DNA of 63,156 bases, the filler included, from Reticulomyxa filosa (taxonomy: Eukaryota; Protista; Foraminifera), in the NCBI GenBank assembly GCA_000512085.1. It is 21 parts of 21 records of this genome, joined end to end, with 100 filler letters (N's around TTAATTAATTAA, not from the genome) between each part and the next. Parts side by side here need not be neighbours in the genome. Positions count along the whole stretch, not along the records: positions 1 to 7,417 come from ASPP01007397.1; positions 7,518 to 19,490 come from ASPP01008711.1; 19 more parts are not named here. The stretch is one strand, 5' to 3'. Below the pieces are notes generated by a model. That model searched no databases, had not been told where the DNA came from, and saw nothing but the letters and a program-made list of their open reading frames with translations. The translations under genes and the position numbers were made by a program. Positions 1-11,895 of the stretch are shown piece after piece (the first letter of the stretch is position 1; each line of letters starts with the position of its first letter).

Positions 1-38
1 AAAAACTTAAAAACTTAAACAATAAAAAAAAAAAAAAT

Positions 39-528
39 CTAACAATAACCACAACATACAGAGGGCTGATTGTTGCGATCCCAGGTATTTTTTTTCAGAG
101 GTTTGATCATGATGAGTCCTTGTCTTATCTTTTCTTCGTCAATCACAGTGCACAGGATATCATACGACGAAGAATTTTTGTTCTGAATTTCTTTCAACAT
201 TTTCTCGACCTTATCGTTGGGGGAATAAACTTCGTTATACGATTTCATTTGTTTATCGGAGCAAATGCACGCGAAATAATACTGCGGTGCAAATCTGCAC
301 CCGACCTGCAGGGCCACGGGTTGCATAGCACATTCTGGACACACTCGGTGTCTCAATATTTTTTTTGACTCTAAAAAAGTACACACACCAAACATTTTCC
401 AGCTAGTACTTGCTTTTGTATAATTTTTTTTGGGTTTTATTCTAACCTGGGCATCCATTTCTTTGAATTCCAAACGCGAGATGGAGTCTTTGCACGAAAC
501 TTTTTTCTAATGGTGATCCTTTGCTCAT
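39..528 (-). CDS. Hypothetical protein, spliced, 3'-truncated
   Basis: ATG at 528 (MSKGSPLEKSFVQRLHLAFG), a GTTAG donor, then a protein-like frame YYFACICSDKQMKSYNEVY...; no family recognised. Confidence 0.35.
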
Positions 529-871
529 TTTGTTCAGTAATACTCGCGTAAAAAACAACCAAAGCACTTTCAAGTTTCTTTTTTTTCCCCCAAGACCCTT
601 TCGTTTTAAGTCGTTCACTTTTTTTTTTTAATACTGATTAACTTAACCTTATAGCAAGGAGGTAATTTTGTACTTGGACATAAATAAGATTCGCAAAGAT
701 TAAGGATATTTTGAAGAGAAATGCCTAAAAGTGTTTGGAACGAAAAGAATTGCACTGAGTGGAAAGGAGGAGAGACGCAGTATTAAAAAAAGGGATTGTA
801 TGAAATTTGACAAAAACAATGCTTTTTTTTATCCTTAAAAAAAAAAAGACGCTCGCGTTTTTTTGAATTTG

Positions 872-1563
872 TCACACATAAAAAGGTCCCAAATAGTCTT
901 CTTTGATGGTTCCAATAACAGTCTGTAAAGACACACCAGCCATTGGAGTTGGAAGTAAGACTTGTATCCAACCACCTTTGTATCATTGTTATTATAAAAA
1001 AAAGAGAGAGAGAGAGAAAAACATACAACGTAGTCCGCAGCAAATCTCAAACCAATGAGTTTGACTCGTACCATTGTGCCAACGGAGATCCTAATATCCT
1101 CCTCTTGTGGCGCATTTTCGAGATTTGTGTCATTGTCTTGAGTGTTCGACACTGCAGCAGCGTCCGGGTCTTTGGCGACAAAGGAAGGAGCGCCAGTGGA
1201 TGTATCAAAGGTAAACTCTTCAGGCATGTTATGGGAGGACACAAATATTTCTAATGGCGCCGCTTGGGCAAAGAATCCCTGTTTTGTCACTGATTTTACC
1301 TCGGCGGGTAATATTTCACCCTCAAAGGGTCGGAATACCAATGCAAAGTATTCCACTAAAAAATGTGCATTTCCTGTTGATTCGTTCAAAATCCCCGGGC
1401 CGACACTTGCCATTTTTGTTACGAGGATTGTAAACCCAAAGTGTCCTGACGCTTTTCCTTCCACTTTTTGTTTCAAATGTTGAAATATTTTCGCTTTCAT
1501 ATTTTTCCCAAAATCCCTGGGATGCAATGCCAAAGTATCTTGCCGAGTGACCAAGAAGAACAT
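872..1563 (-). CDS. RPB7: RNA polymerase II subunit RPB7 (2 exons: 1563-1027, 922-872)
   Basis: MFFLVTRQDTLALHPRDFG...VEGKASGHFGF...FRPFEGEI...GFFAQAAPLEIFVSSH. Removing a GT-AG intron (1026-923) gives the conserved end TVIGTIKEDYLGPFYV*. Confidence 0.95.
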
Positions 1564-1959
1564 GACAGAATTGATATTGGAACCTTCGGGTAGCTCTTTT
1601 TCATATTTAGGCGGAAAAAACACAAAACTTTTGTTTTCCCCTTCCCCTTAAACTATTCGACATACAATCTGACAAATTAAGTGGTTTTTTTTTATTGCCA
1701 ACAAACTATTTGTCATTTAAATTACTTCATTCAAATGTTAATATTTTCACAGTGTAAAATATGATATATCCAACAAATCGGTACAATGAAGTTGTAGAGA
1801 AACCAATTCCATTGCAAAACAAAAAAAAGTATGTTTGTAACTCCGCTTTTATTGCCTCTACGTGAGTTTTCTGAAATTAAAAATATGGGAAAAAAAACAA
1901 ACAATGAAGCACGTTTTTGAAAAAACTACTTTTTCCCAAAAAATTTCAACTTTTTCAAA

Positions 1960-3707
1960 ATGGGTTCCTTTTGCGCTGTGCTAATTATTCTGCTGCATTT
2001 TTTAATTTCTTTGACATCAAGCGAGAATGGTTCTAATTATGCCGGCTTCGGTGAGTTTGTGTCTGTTGTTTAAGAAATGAGCCTTGTAAGTTGAGAAAAA
2101 ACACGAGAGATTGAAAAAATTTATTTGATGTGATAAAAAGAATCAAAAAAAGGGAAGAAAAGCAAGATCAGTACGAAGCGGCTCAAAGACATGACTACGA
2201 ATTGATTCCAATGTTGACGCTCGAAGCTAGCGAGGAAGGGAAGATATTTTTAATAGAGCAGACAAATGAAGAACCTGGCACAGAAATGAACGAAGGTATA
2301 TTGAATAAGTGGCCCATTAAAAAAATTGACGATTTGAAGTTGGACTTGCAAGTGTCGTACTATATCCAAGAGTCTAGCTTCTTTGAAAACGAGGTCAGTA
2401 CGTTGGTGCAAAATCTTATCTTCGTTATTAATGATAATCCTGCTGTTTTGTTGATACATTTATATTTATACACATATACGTATATATTATATATATATGT
2501 GTATATATGTTGTACATATATTTCGTATATACTTTGTATATGTATATACAATACAATATAAATAGGAAACAAAAAGATTACTGTGAGATGGTGGAACATC
2601 CCCACAATGTATAGAAGAGAAAGAGAAGAATATTTTAACATAAGCAAGCATGAACGTCCGATCATCTCGATATTCCGCGAACTGTCGTACCAAGTAGTGG
2701 TGGAAGCTCTGGACGGCCAGAACAAGATTGTTGCATCTTCGTCTATCTTGAACGTGCTTGCCAGCACATTTGAAGCTCAGAAGCACCTTTGCTTCTCCAG
2801 TCGCATTACCGTGCGAGGTTATGGCAAGAGTAACTCCAACATAGAACTACAAGACATTGCGTCCGTGGGAATCGATCCTTATTCGGGATGGACCATTGAT
2901 CGTAATGAAAAATGTACTGTTCATAGTCCTCGGATTGATTTTTCGAGCTATGCGGGTGTTGTACTTAACGTATGCGTTTATGTTTTTTTTTTTTCATTTG
3001 TATCCAATAATTTTTTTTTTTTAAAAGATAAAACAAGATGCAGAAATAATTCGATCCTTGATTATAAGAGATTACAAAATGGCACGTGCAGAAGTGTCAC
3101 AAACATGTGTGTACTTTGCAGGCAAGCTCACTTCGGAAAGCGATATCATTATTATAAAAAACCCATTGGGCGTGAAGTTTATTATGGGGTTGACCATGCT
3201 TATTGTGATTGGCATATATTTCTTTTGGAGAAAAATGAATTTAAACCAGCGCGACGCTGATGCTGTGTACTTCTTGTTTTGCAGACAATTAAGAAACTCT
3301 TTCAGTGCATTCACCAGTCACAAAAGCGCTGACGCGCAAAGTAAACATATTTGCGGCAATGATCACAATGACGAATACATTGAAATTACCTCAGACGTAA
3401 TCGACAAAGCTTCTTTGGCCGCGTTTAAACGATTTATACAATTTTTTTTTTTAGAAAGTTGAACAAATAAGAACTGCTGTTGTCATTGAATAGCCAAATC
3501 ATGGAACACAAAACCGCACAAGAATTTGTGAAAGAGGTGCTGGAAGAGTTCGGCTATCCATCCCTTGTGACAGAACAGTATTTGAAATTTCTTGAGGACA
3601 ACTGTTTGACAACGATGAAACAGCTGAAGGAAATGAACAGAAAAGATTGGAAGAGATTGGCCTATCCTGATGATATCATTACCAGACTCCTTAGCAAAAT
3701 ACGATAA
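1960..3707 (+). CDS. Single-pass membrane protein: signal peptide, ectodomain, TM helix, C-terminal SAM-like domain (multi-exon)
   Basis: Signal peptide MGSFCAVLIILLHFLISLTSS; TM helix FIMGLTMLIVIGIYFFW followed by RK. Intron 3423-3493 joins to QEFVKEVLEEFGYP..EQYLKFLEDNCLTTMKQLKEMNRKDWKRL, a SAM-like pattern. Confidence 0.6.
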
Positions 3708-4145
3708 ACTGAAGACAACCTCAGAACCTCCGAAAAATTTAACAAAAGGTTTAGATACTTCCAATAAAACATTGTCACAAATGAAGAAAGCTCTGTTGAA
3801 TTTAATGACTTTTGAAATATTGTTTAATTACAAAATATATGTATATGTACAACAGCTTTTCTTTTGTTTGCACTTTTTCAATTTTCAAATACTCTTTTTG
3901 TATTTGGGATATATTTTTACTTTATTTTAGCTCATAATTTTCTCGCTAAGCATCATGACAATAAATCTCGAAATAATATTTTTGATGAAAAAAAGTATTG
4001 AATTTTTTTTAGTCCAAAAATTCTCCAATTTTTGAGTATGAAATGAAAATCATTGTCCCTGTAATGATTTGTTTATTTATTTGATTAAATACAAATAATA
4101 AATAAATAGGTAAAAAAGAAAATTAAATTTATTGGATTCGAACTT

Positions 4146-4368
4146 TGTGGGACTTGTGAGAAGATTAAGTGTAATACGAAATGAACTTAGTTCCAAAAGA
4201 GTAATTTCAGTAAAAGAAAGTTAATTTAAGAAGAATAATTACAACGCAAGTAAAGAAAACAAGTAAAACAAGAGGAAAATGAGTAGTGCTAAGAAGAGGG
4301 TTTTAACCCACTGGAGGTCCCAACGTTCCGTTAGTATTTAAGGATGTAATGTAGTGACTTTCTCTACA
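4146..4368. mobile_element. Solo-LTR-like element, 223 bp, TGT...ACA, 4-bp TSD ACTT
   Basis: ACTT|TGTGGG...CTCTACA|ACTT. Similar length, termini and an AAGTGTAATA.GAAA segment are shared with 47157-47380. Confidence 0.7.
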
Positions 4369-5528
4369 ACTTTATAAATAAAATTTTGATGGACGTATTA
4401 CCTGGAACAAATCATTATGGAATACAATAATTTATAAAATACATAGAATTAATTCTATCAATTAAAAAAATTTATTTTGAAAAAATTTTGCCACAATAAA
4501 CGAATTGAATTAGTATTATTGATAACATTGGACAAAAGCAAAAATTTTAAAAAATTTAGAACATAAGTGTTAAATGAAACGAGACAAAGAGATTAATTAT
4601 ATTGTTTAATATCAATTTTTATTTATTGAAATATGATATTTGATACATGATAATATTGCCAGTTTTTCAGGTCAACGAGCTGGCTGCTTTCAAAAATTCA
4701 ATTTACAGTTCAAATACTGATACAAGATGCCAAGCTGTATTTCTTGAGCTGCCGTTGCCTGCACTTCCAAGACTTGGTGACTGTCAAGCTGCCGTGTTCA
4801 TCCAATCATAAAGCAGTAACCACTTTTTCATTTCCAGGGCTAATATCGATAAAAATACGAGAAAAATGACGAATCTTGTGAAGAGTGAACTTTTTGTTTC
4901 AGCAACTTTTGAGAGTTGTAATTTTTTAGTAACAGCATCTCCACAAATGATGTGCACGTAGGAGATCCATAGCAGGCTGAGGTATTCATAAGATTTTCTT
5001 CTGCTTCGTCAAAGAAGGACTATCTCCCCAAAGTTTAATTGCTTGCCTTTGGTTGCACATATTTTTATCAATTCTATCAAGCCAGCCCGAGGCTCCATCC
5101 TTTTTTTATTTCACAGAGCCTAGTTCAATGTTGTTACTTGTGAATTTGTCAAAAAAGGAAGAGTCCAAATGCATGAAATGAAACAAAATTATAAATCGTT
5201 GCTATCTTTTGCAACAAAAAGTAAAGCAGTTATGGTAGTTATTAACAACAAGACATCCAAAAATGAGAGTGCTCACAAGACCACACCAGCAGAAAAAATA
5301 CAAGGTAATTCAAAGAAACAACAACTATTTATCATTCAAAGAAAAGAAAAAAAAGGCTGGGATTAGTCGACGACCGGAGTTGGATTGTCTTGATCATTTA
5401 TTTTTAAAATTTGGTTTGTTTTTTTTTTTGCTCTTGGCAATGGGACGAATGGAATCTGACGGTGTCAGTTGTTTCCTTTCTGCAGTTGATACTTTGGATA
5501 AAGAATTTTTGAAGCCCTTGAAATGCGA

Positions 5529-6855
5529 TCATTGGACACGAAAACCATTATCAACCAGGTGTTTTCTGGTCACACTCACAAGAGCGTTTTCACTTGGAAT
5601 GGCGCCAGTGATCAAATCATACCATTGTCTGTGTCCCTCTTCGATCACCGCCAGGGCTGTCTCTGATCCATGAAACCGTCCCCCATGTGTAAAGAAGTTT
5701 TCCGGTTTCCCGTCGGGTATTTTGTATCTGCGGAACCAATCGGCCACAATTTTTTGCATTTGCGTTTGCAAAATGCGATCCGCGTCTTCATCGCTATTGT
5801 CATGGACCCCCCCCCCCCCCCCAAATCACAATTTCAAAAAAAAAAAAAACCTTTCTTATTAATTCATTTTCTTTTTTTTTTTTTTTTTTAAAAACCACAT
5901 TTTAACTAAATAAATAATAATAAAAAAAAGTTTAAAAATAAAACAAACAAACAAACAATGAATTTGAGAGGCCTTTGGATGGTCAGCTCGAATAGCAATA
6001 ATTTTCCAATCGGCTTCGCCTTCGTCGATTAAACCCAAGACACTGATCGCTTTGACTGGCACGATACTACCGCGCGGGATATCCGTCCCGGAAATTTCAA
6101 CAAGGTCAAGGGGATCGTTGTCACCTCGCAGATCGCCCACGTCCGAATGCTGCGAAAATTGCGTGGGGTCTTCCCACGTTTGCGGAATGAACCCGTAATT
6201 AAAAGGCAAATCACCATACTTGAAAAAACGCAGTTTCCCTTTTTTTACGTCTTGTTTCAATGGGTTCCATTCCTCTTTTGGTGTGCACTCCATCTTTGCT
6301 CGGTCCCTTTTTTTTTTTTTTTCAAAAAAAGAATGTACATTTATAATGTGGAGATAAGATCCCCATATGATCACAAAACTTTTTTTTAAAAATAAATTTT
6401 TTTTAATGATACGTGCGCATACGAAAACGCGAACGTATCGAACCCTCCCCCTTTTTTTCACACCTAGTTTTGTTAAAACACACCCTTTTGGAATTTCGTG
6501 TACGTAGTTGAAATAAATTGCATTAGATTGTGGATCTTGGAATCCGAATGGGATGTCATGCCATGGAGACACCTTGACCGACCCATCTGTTGCGGCTGTG
6601 GTCGCTTCGAAATATAGTCTCCACTCTGGAGAATGCAATGTCCCCACCTGGGTCGTGCGCAATGTTTCCACAATGGAGGGGTGAACTACCCGTTGAATCC
6701 CTCCATGATTCCATCTTCGTTGCAATCCTTTGTTCAGTTGCACTCTTCTAAGTATTTGCTGTTTTGTACAAACAAGCAAAATAAAAATAAAAAAACAACA
6801 AAAAAAAATTGAAAATTTAAGAGATATGACTTACTGTGGAATATTTGCTTTTCAT
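5529..6855 (-). CDS. PPA: Family I soluble inorganic pyrophosphatase, probably mitochondrial (4 exons)
   Basis: SPWHDIP, EIPKG|DRAKME, NPLKQDVKKGKLRF, NYGFIPQTWEDP, GDNDPLD, LIDEGEADWKII, WFRRYKIPDGKPEN. The N-terminus MKSKYST|QILRRVQLNKGLQRRW is Arg-rich and lacks acidic residues. Confidence 0.93.
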
Positions 6856-7200
6856 GTTGTATTCTAATTGATCAAAGATAATCGTGACTTTTTTTCCTCT
6901 GCACCTACTTGTCTTATCCCTTTTCAACTGCCTTTTGGTAAAGTGTTTTACGACAGATTTTAGAGAGAAAAGTTTAGAAAGCTCTTGTACTGTAGACTGT
7001 GTTTGATCTCTTGGGAGGATCTCTAACAAAGCTGCTTTTGGATTACTCCAGACAGTTAGCATTGAAAACGTAAGTACGATTTGGACAAAGAGGGAAGAAA
7101 AAAATTTAAAAAATGCACAAATGACTCTCATCCAAACAATACCTCCCGTATATGTACAAATCAACAAGTTAAGAGGTCTAAATCCACTATTGACATACCC

Positions 7201-7317
7201 CTATGAAAAAAGAAAGCTCTGTACAAGTACATCGAGATAATGCATCCAGCCACTGACCTTGAGTTTTTCTTGCTTTATCCAATGATCAACTATTAGATTT
7301 ACTTCCTCAGCAGTCCA
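7201..7317 (-). CDS. Terminal exon of a truncated gene, encoding the shared 'HW..GW' module
   Basis: After a TAG acceptor: WTAEEVNLIVDHWIKQEKLKVSGWMHYLDVLVQSFLFS* (39 codons including the stop); it resembles the WD40 N-terminal module at 50449-50550. Confidence 0.5.
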   Translation of the reverse strand, partial: WTAEEVNLIVDHWIKQEKLKVSGWMHYLDVLVQSFLFS

Positions 7318-7417
7318 CTATGTATACGTCATATACATGTATACACGTATATATATATTTTTTTTTTTTTTGGAAGAGGATGTTATCTCAATCGCAAAAA
7401 AAAAAAAAAAAAAAAAA

Positions 7418-7517
7418 NNNNNNNNNNNNNNNNNNNNNNNNNNNNNNNNNNNNNNNNNNNNTTAATTAATTAANNNNNNNNNNNNNNNNNNNNNNNNNNN
7501 NNNNNNNNNNNNNNNNN
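7418..7517. other. Artificial contig-joining spacer (N44-TTAATTAATTAA-N44), first of 20
   Basis: Identical 100-nt spacer with stops in all six frames. Copies start at 7418, 19491, 22022, 25293, 26543, 27858, 29954, 31277, 32646, 34081, 35349, 36974, 42811, 46192, 48639, 50954, 52116, 55364, 57474 and 60968. Confidence 0.98.
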
Positions 7518-7633
7518 AGACTTGTAGATATTTTTTTAAAAAAAATTAGGTCTAAATGTTGGTTTTTCATTGAGAAAATCAATTATCATCATAAGATATG
7601 TTTTATGCGTTCAGTTTTCTTTGCAACCTACTG
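7518..7633 (-). mobile_element. End of Tc1/mariner-type MITE family (TA-CAGTA terminus)
   Basis: Reverse complement reads TA|CAGTAGGTTGCAAAGAAAACTGAACGCATAAAAC...ATTGATTTTCTCAATGAAAAACCAACATTTAGACCTAATT, matching the copies at 23959, 36811, 52082 and 60283. Confidence 0.75.
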
Positions 7634-8039
7634 TACAATCTTTTCATTTATACGTGTATTTGCAATGTTTTTTTTTTTTAAAAAATTAATATTAAAAAAA
7701 ACGTATATATATTATGCACACGGTAGACGATACATGGCTAGTGATCTCCGATTTCGGATTGAGTAAGTTTGCTTTGCATGAAACAGAAATGACTATTCGT
7801 TGATGTACAGTGGCGTATGTTCCATCGGAAGTGTGGAAAGAACAATCTGGGTGCGAGGTCGATGTGTGGATTACACTGGGACATCGATATATGCATTAAG
7901 TTGCGCTTTTGCACGTAAATATAGTCATTTGCTAACAAGATATGTGTGTTCATTGTTGCACATGCAGTATGATCCATTACATTACAAAAATATATATATA
8001 TCAATCTAAAGGACGTCAAGAACAAAGGCAACACCATGT

Positions 8040-9930
8040 TCAAGGAAAACTTCTATGTAGTACCAAATTTGCCACATAATTTTATTTTATCTAGAATTGC
8101 ATTAAGTCATCTTGGTTATGTGTTGAGGTTGGAGTATGAAAAATTTGAATAATACAATCAGATGAAATATTGTAAGATCAAGATTTGGAGTCAGTTGTTA
8201 GCAGTGTCAAAGCAGAAGATACAGATGCAAAAATTACCAATAATAAAGATGACGTGAATATTGATCTACAGCACCAACTTCAGAGTCGCATACTGTGGAG
8301 CTAAAGGAAAAAATGAAATGCAATAATGTTGACCTGTGAACAATAATACAAAATAAACTTGTAAAGTCATATGTAAAAATTAGCAATTGTATCGAATCAC
8401 AAATAAAAAAGTCGGTACAACAGTTGATAAGCAAAAATCATATATTGACATCGAAGAATTCATTTGATATTGTACAAATACCAAATGCCGAAATGAAAAA
8501 ATTAAAGACTATAACAAAACATATCAAACAAAAGACATACTCACTCAATAATATGTACCAAGATGAAGTAAAAGTCAAGTCAATGAATTGGAAAATATTG
8601 GAATAATAAGGAAAAGTCATTCTCAATTCGCAGCACCTGTTTTATTACTGAAAAAGTATGCTCGCTACGTATGTGCAGATTATCGGAATTAAATCAAGCC
8701 ACAATTTGTGATGAATGGCCACTCCTAAACATGAATGATTTTTTGAAAAAGTTGTCAAGCAAACGAATATTTTCAAAATTGGACATACGATCTGGTTATT
8801 TACACGTACTAATTCAATAAAAGGACAGATACAAATGTCATTCATTAATACTATCAGACTATATTATTGGAATATAATGTGATTATGCTTCACAAATGCA
8901 CCTCAACATTTCAACGTATAATGAAATCTATTTTCAGTGATTTAGAAAATGTTGATGTATATGTCGATGATATTTTAGTTACAACCGATACAAATGAAAA
9001 ACATTTCACAAATACTAAGCGAAATATTTCGATGTTTTGATAAATATAACTTACGATTGGCAATATAAAAATGTGAATTTTTCCAAAATGAAATAGTATT
9101 CCTGGCAATGTAATATCATCAAACGGAATGTCGGCAAATCCAAGCTACATTAACAAAGTACTAAACGTAACAAAACCAATTGGAACGATTGTTGGAATTG
9201 ATACAATAGATTGCGGAATTCGTTCTGAATATTGCAACGTTAACTATTAAATTAACTAAATTACGTCGAAAAAATTCGAAATGGTTATGGACAGACGTAG
9301 CATTCGAGAAATTAAGTGAAGATTTGGCAAATACTAAACTATTGAAGCACACTAGACAAAACGAGCAATTAATTGTGCAATGAGATTTATCTAACGAAGC
9401 AATATGTGCAGCATTATTGCAAAACCACGACTGTGTAATCGTGCATATCGAGTTCATTTCCAAACAATTCGATTGCCATCAACTAAATTAGTACACGTCT
9501 GAAAAAGAATTGTACGCATTGGTTTACGCAGTACAAAAGTGGATGCAATATTTATTATTGATAAAATTTATAGCATACACTGACCACAAAAATCATCTTC
9601 ATTATTTGCACTATCAGTGAAACAAGTCAATAGTTAAACAATCTTATCATATAATGGAATACAGTTTAAAGGAAAATATCAAACCTGATGTCAAAATTAA
9701 TGTGGATAAAACAATTACTTCATCTTATCATCCACAAACAGTATGTTATAAAGATTCCACTGATATCTGAAAGAAAGATTCGTTACAATAGCAGTTGATC
9801 AGAACTTGGATTTCACAAACAACGACTAATGGACCTTATTTTTAACAGCAATCGTCGCCTCTTACAACGTGGCAACAAATAAAATGTCAAAGGTGAGTCC
9901 ATATGAGTTAATATATGGTAGAAAGTTTCA
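8040..9930 (+). mobile_element. Degenerate Ty3/Gypsy LTR-retrotransposon pol (protease remnant, RT, RNase H, integrase remnant)
   Basis: FYVVPNLPHNFIL; LRMCADYR; FSKLDIRSGY; VYVDDILV (YVDD at 8960-8971); EKELYALVYAVQKW..YTDHKN; VSPYELIYGR. Domain order is RT-RH-IN, with many stops and frameshifts. Confidence 0.9.
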
Positions 9931-11895
9931 CATGGTACCATGTGTAAAATTGCAATTGTAGGAAAAGACGAGAAAATGCATGAGTCGTTGCATGAGTACA
10001 AATGTACTCTACAAAAACAATTTCAACTTGTTATGAATGGAGCATTATCGGCCAAAAGAAATATAATTGCAAGCGTATACGATATGAAAACAAAAACAAA
10101 CATAAAGATAACTTTGACTTTTTTGTTGGCTTGGTCCGTTTTTTACTATATCTATGTTTTGCTAATTTATTTCTTTATATATTTTTTTGTAGTTGCTATT
10201 TTCGGTAATAATTATTTTACTAGTTAAAAATTTTTTTTTAATAGTTGATTGTTTTAAGATCCATTTGCAGTAGTACTTTCGTGGACTCAAAGCTATTCAA
10301 GTTTATTTATAAATTTATTTTCGCTTTAAACTTTTGAAATAATTCACACAACTAGTAAACTTTTTTACACTTGCACTTTCGCACTTATAGTTAGTTGTTA
10401 TTCTTGGTAATTCAGCATATTTATCTATTCTTTTTTCTTTTGTATCTACATTTTACGAATTCTTATATTATTTACTTTATTGTTTATCGATAGTATTATC
10501 TACATATATCTTAGTTTCAATTGACTGACTTCTATATCTTTTTGCTCATGACGTTTCTGGATTTGCATATATATGTACCATTCCTTTTGGTGCCATATAC
10601 AATGTGAATTCATTATCTTTATATGTACAGAAAAACTCTACGATCATTATATGAAGAAAATATGCTCAAACGAATTTCCGAATGGATATGTTCTGCAAGT
10701 TACCAATCCTTTAATTTTTGCGGCACTTTTTCCTAAAAAAAATAAAGTTGAATTTGAAGGATTTGCTATTTATGTTCCTCCAAGAGAGGACTAAATTCAC
10801 CAAAATCTTTTTTTTTGCAACAATTGAGAAAATCAAAATGATAAAAATTTTTTTTACAAAGAAGCGTTTACTTCATGAAGATCAAATAACCTTTGCGCAG
10901 ACAAACTGTAAAAAATTTTGTACAACAAGTTTCTTATACTCTTTCAACAATAAAATAGTCAAAATTTTTTATCACAAAAAGTAGCAAATACAAAAAATAT
11001 CATGTCAATAATATTTTTGATGAAAAAAAATTAATATGTATGTCAAACCGCATGCGCCTCCCGCGGCCGTACGTCAAACAGTACGTGCTTTTACACACGT
11101 AGGATTTCACAGGGGCCCAACACACACATTGTACTACCTTTGATGTAGTATAAAGCATCATTATTTCATCAGTTGGTTACCTTATATCATTTTTCATGCA
11201 TCACTTTTTTTTCTGTTTTTTTTTCAAAAAGGAAATTATTTTTTAAAAATACAAAAAGTTTTGCACTAGCGAAACAATAAGAAATGAAAGTATGTTAAAA
11301 CGAGAAGCCAATAATTATTAGTTGGTGTAATTTTTCTATCGAAATTAAATATGCCGACGAAAACTAGTTTATGATATATATTTAAAAAATGTGCATTTAA
11401 CCATCTAAACAAATATTATTTATTATTTATTGTTGGCAATCTTTGGCAATAATTAATATACTGTCTAGAATTCATTTCTCAAAACAACAAAAGAAACTTA
11501 AATGGATCAAAATAATCCTGACAACAAATGTAAGTTTCCGTTTGAATTACACATTCTCAAAAAAATGTATAACAACAAAATTAGCAACCAATGTATTACT
11601 TTCATCACAAAAGCAAACAAAACAGAATTCTTTCGCTCACTACTCGAAAAAAAAGAAAAAAAAAATCCAATAATAAAAATAAACATAATAAAATAAAAAA
11701 ACCTTTGCAGGATCCACAAAATGAAAGGTAGCAAATGGTTAAACCATAAGCGAACGCACGAACCATCAAATTGAACCAAACCGTCTGACGATCACCCTGA
11801 ACGATATTTGTGCACGTGTTCCAAAAAAAAAACTTTTCCAAGAACACCACTAAACAATTGTCCGCACCATTTTTTTTTCGCTCCCTTCTTTCTTT

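Noticed and set aside
923-1000. Intronic snoRNA or alternative exon in the RPB7 intron (GTTGGA/TCCAAC stem, open third frame)
   Set aside because: Only a 6-bp stem, no convincing C/D or H/ACA boxes, and the upstream AG is out of frame.
4670-5100. Coding-like minus-strand segment
   Set aside because: Stops in all frames and no recognisable motif; at most an unassignable pseudogene.
7462-7473. Regularly recurring TTAATTAATTAA palindrome as a CRISPR-like or biological repeat
   Set aside because: It is always centred in identical N-runs: an artificial six-frame-stop linker.
10185-10450. 3' LTR of the Gypsy remnant
   Set aside because: No polypurine tract, matching 5' LTR or TSD could be identified by eye.
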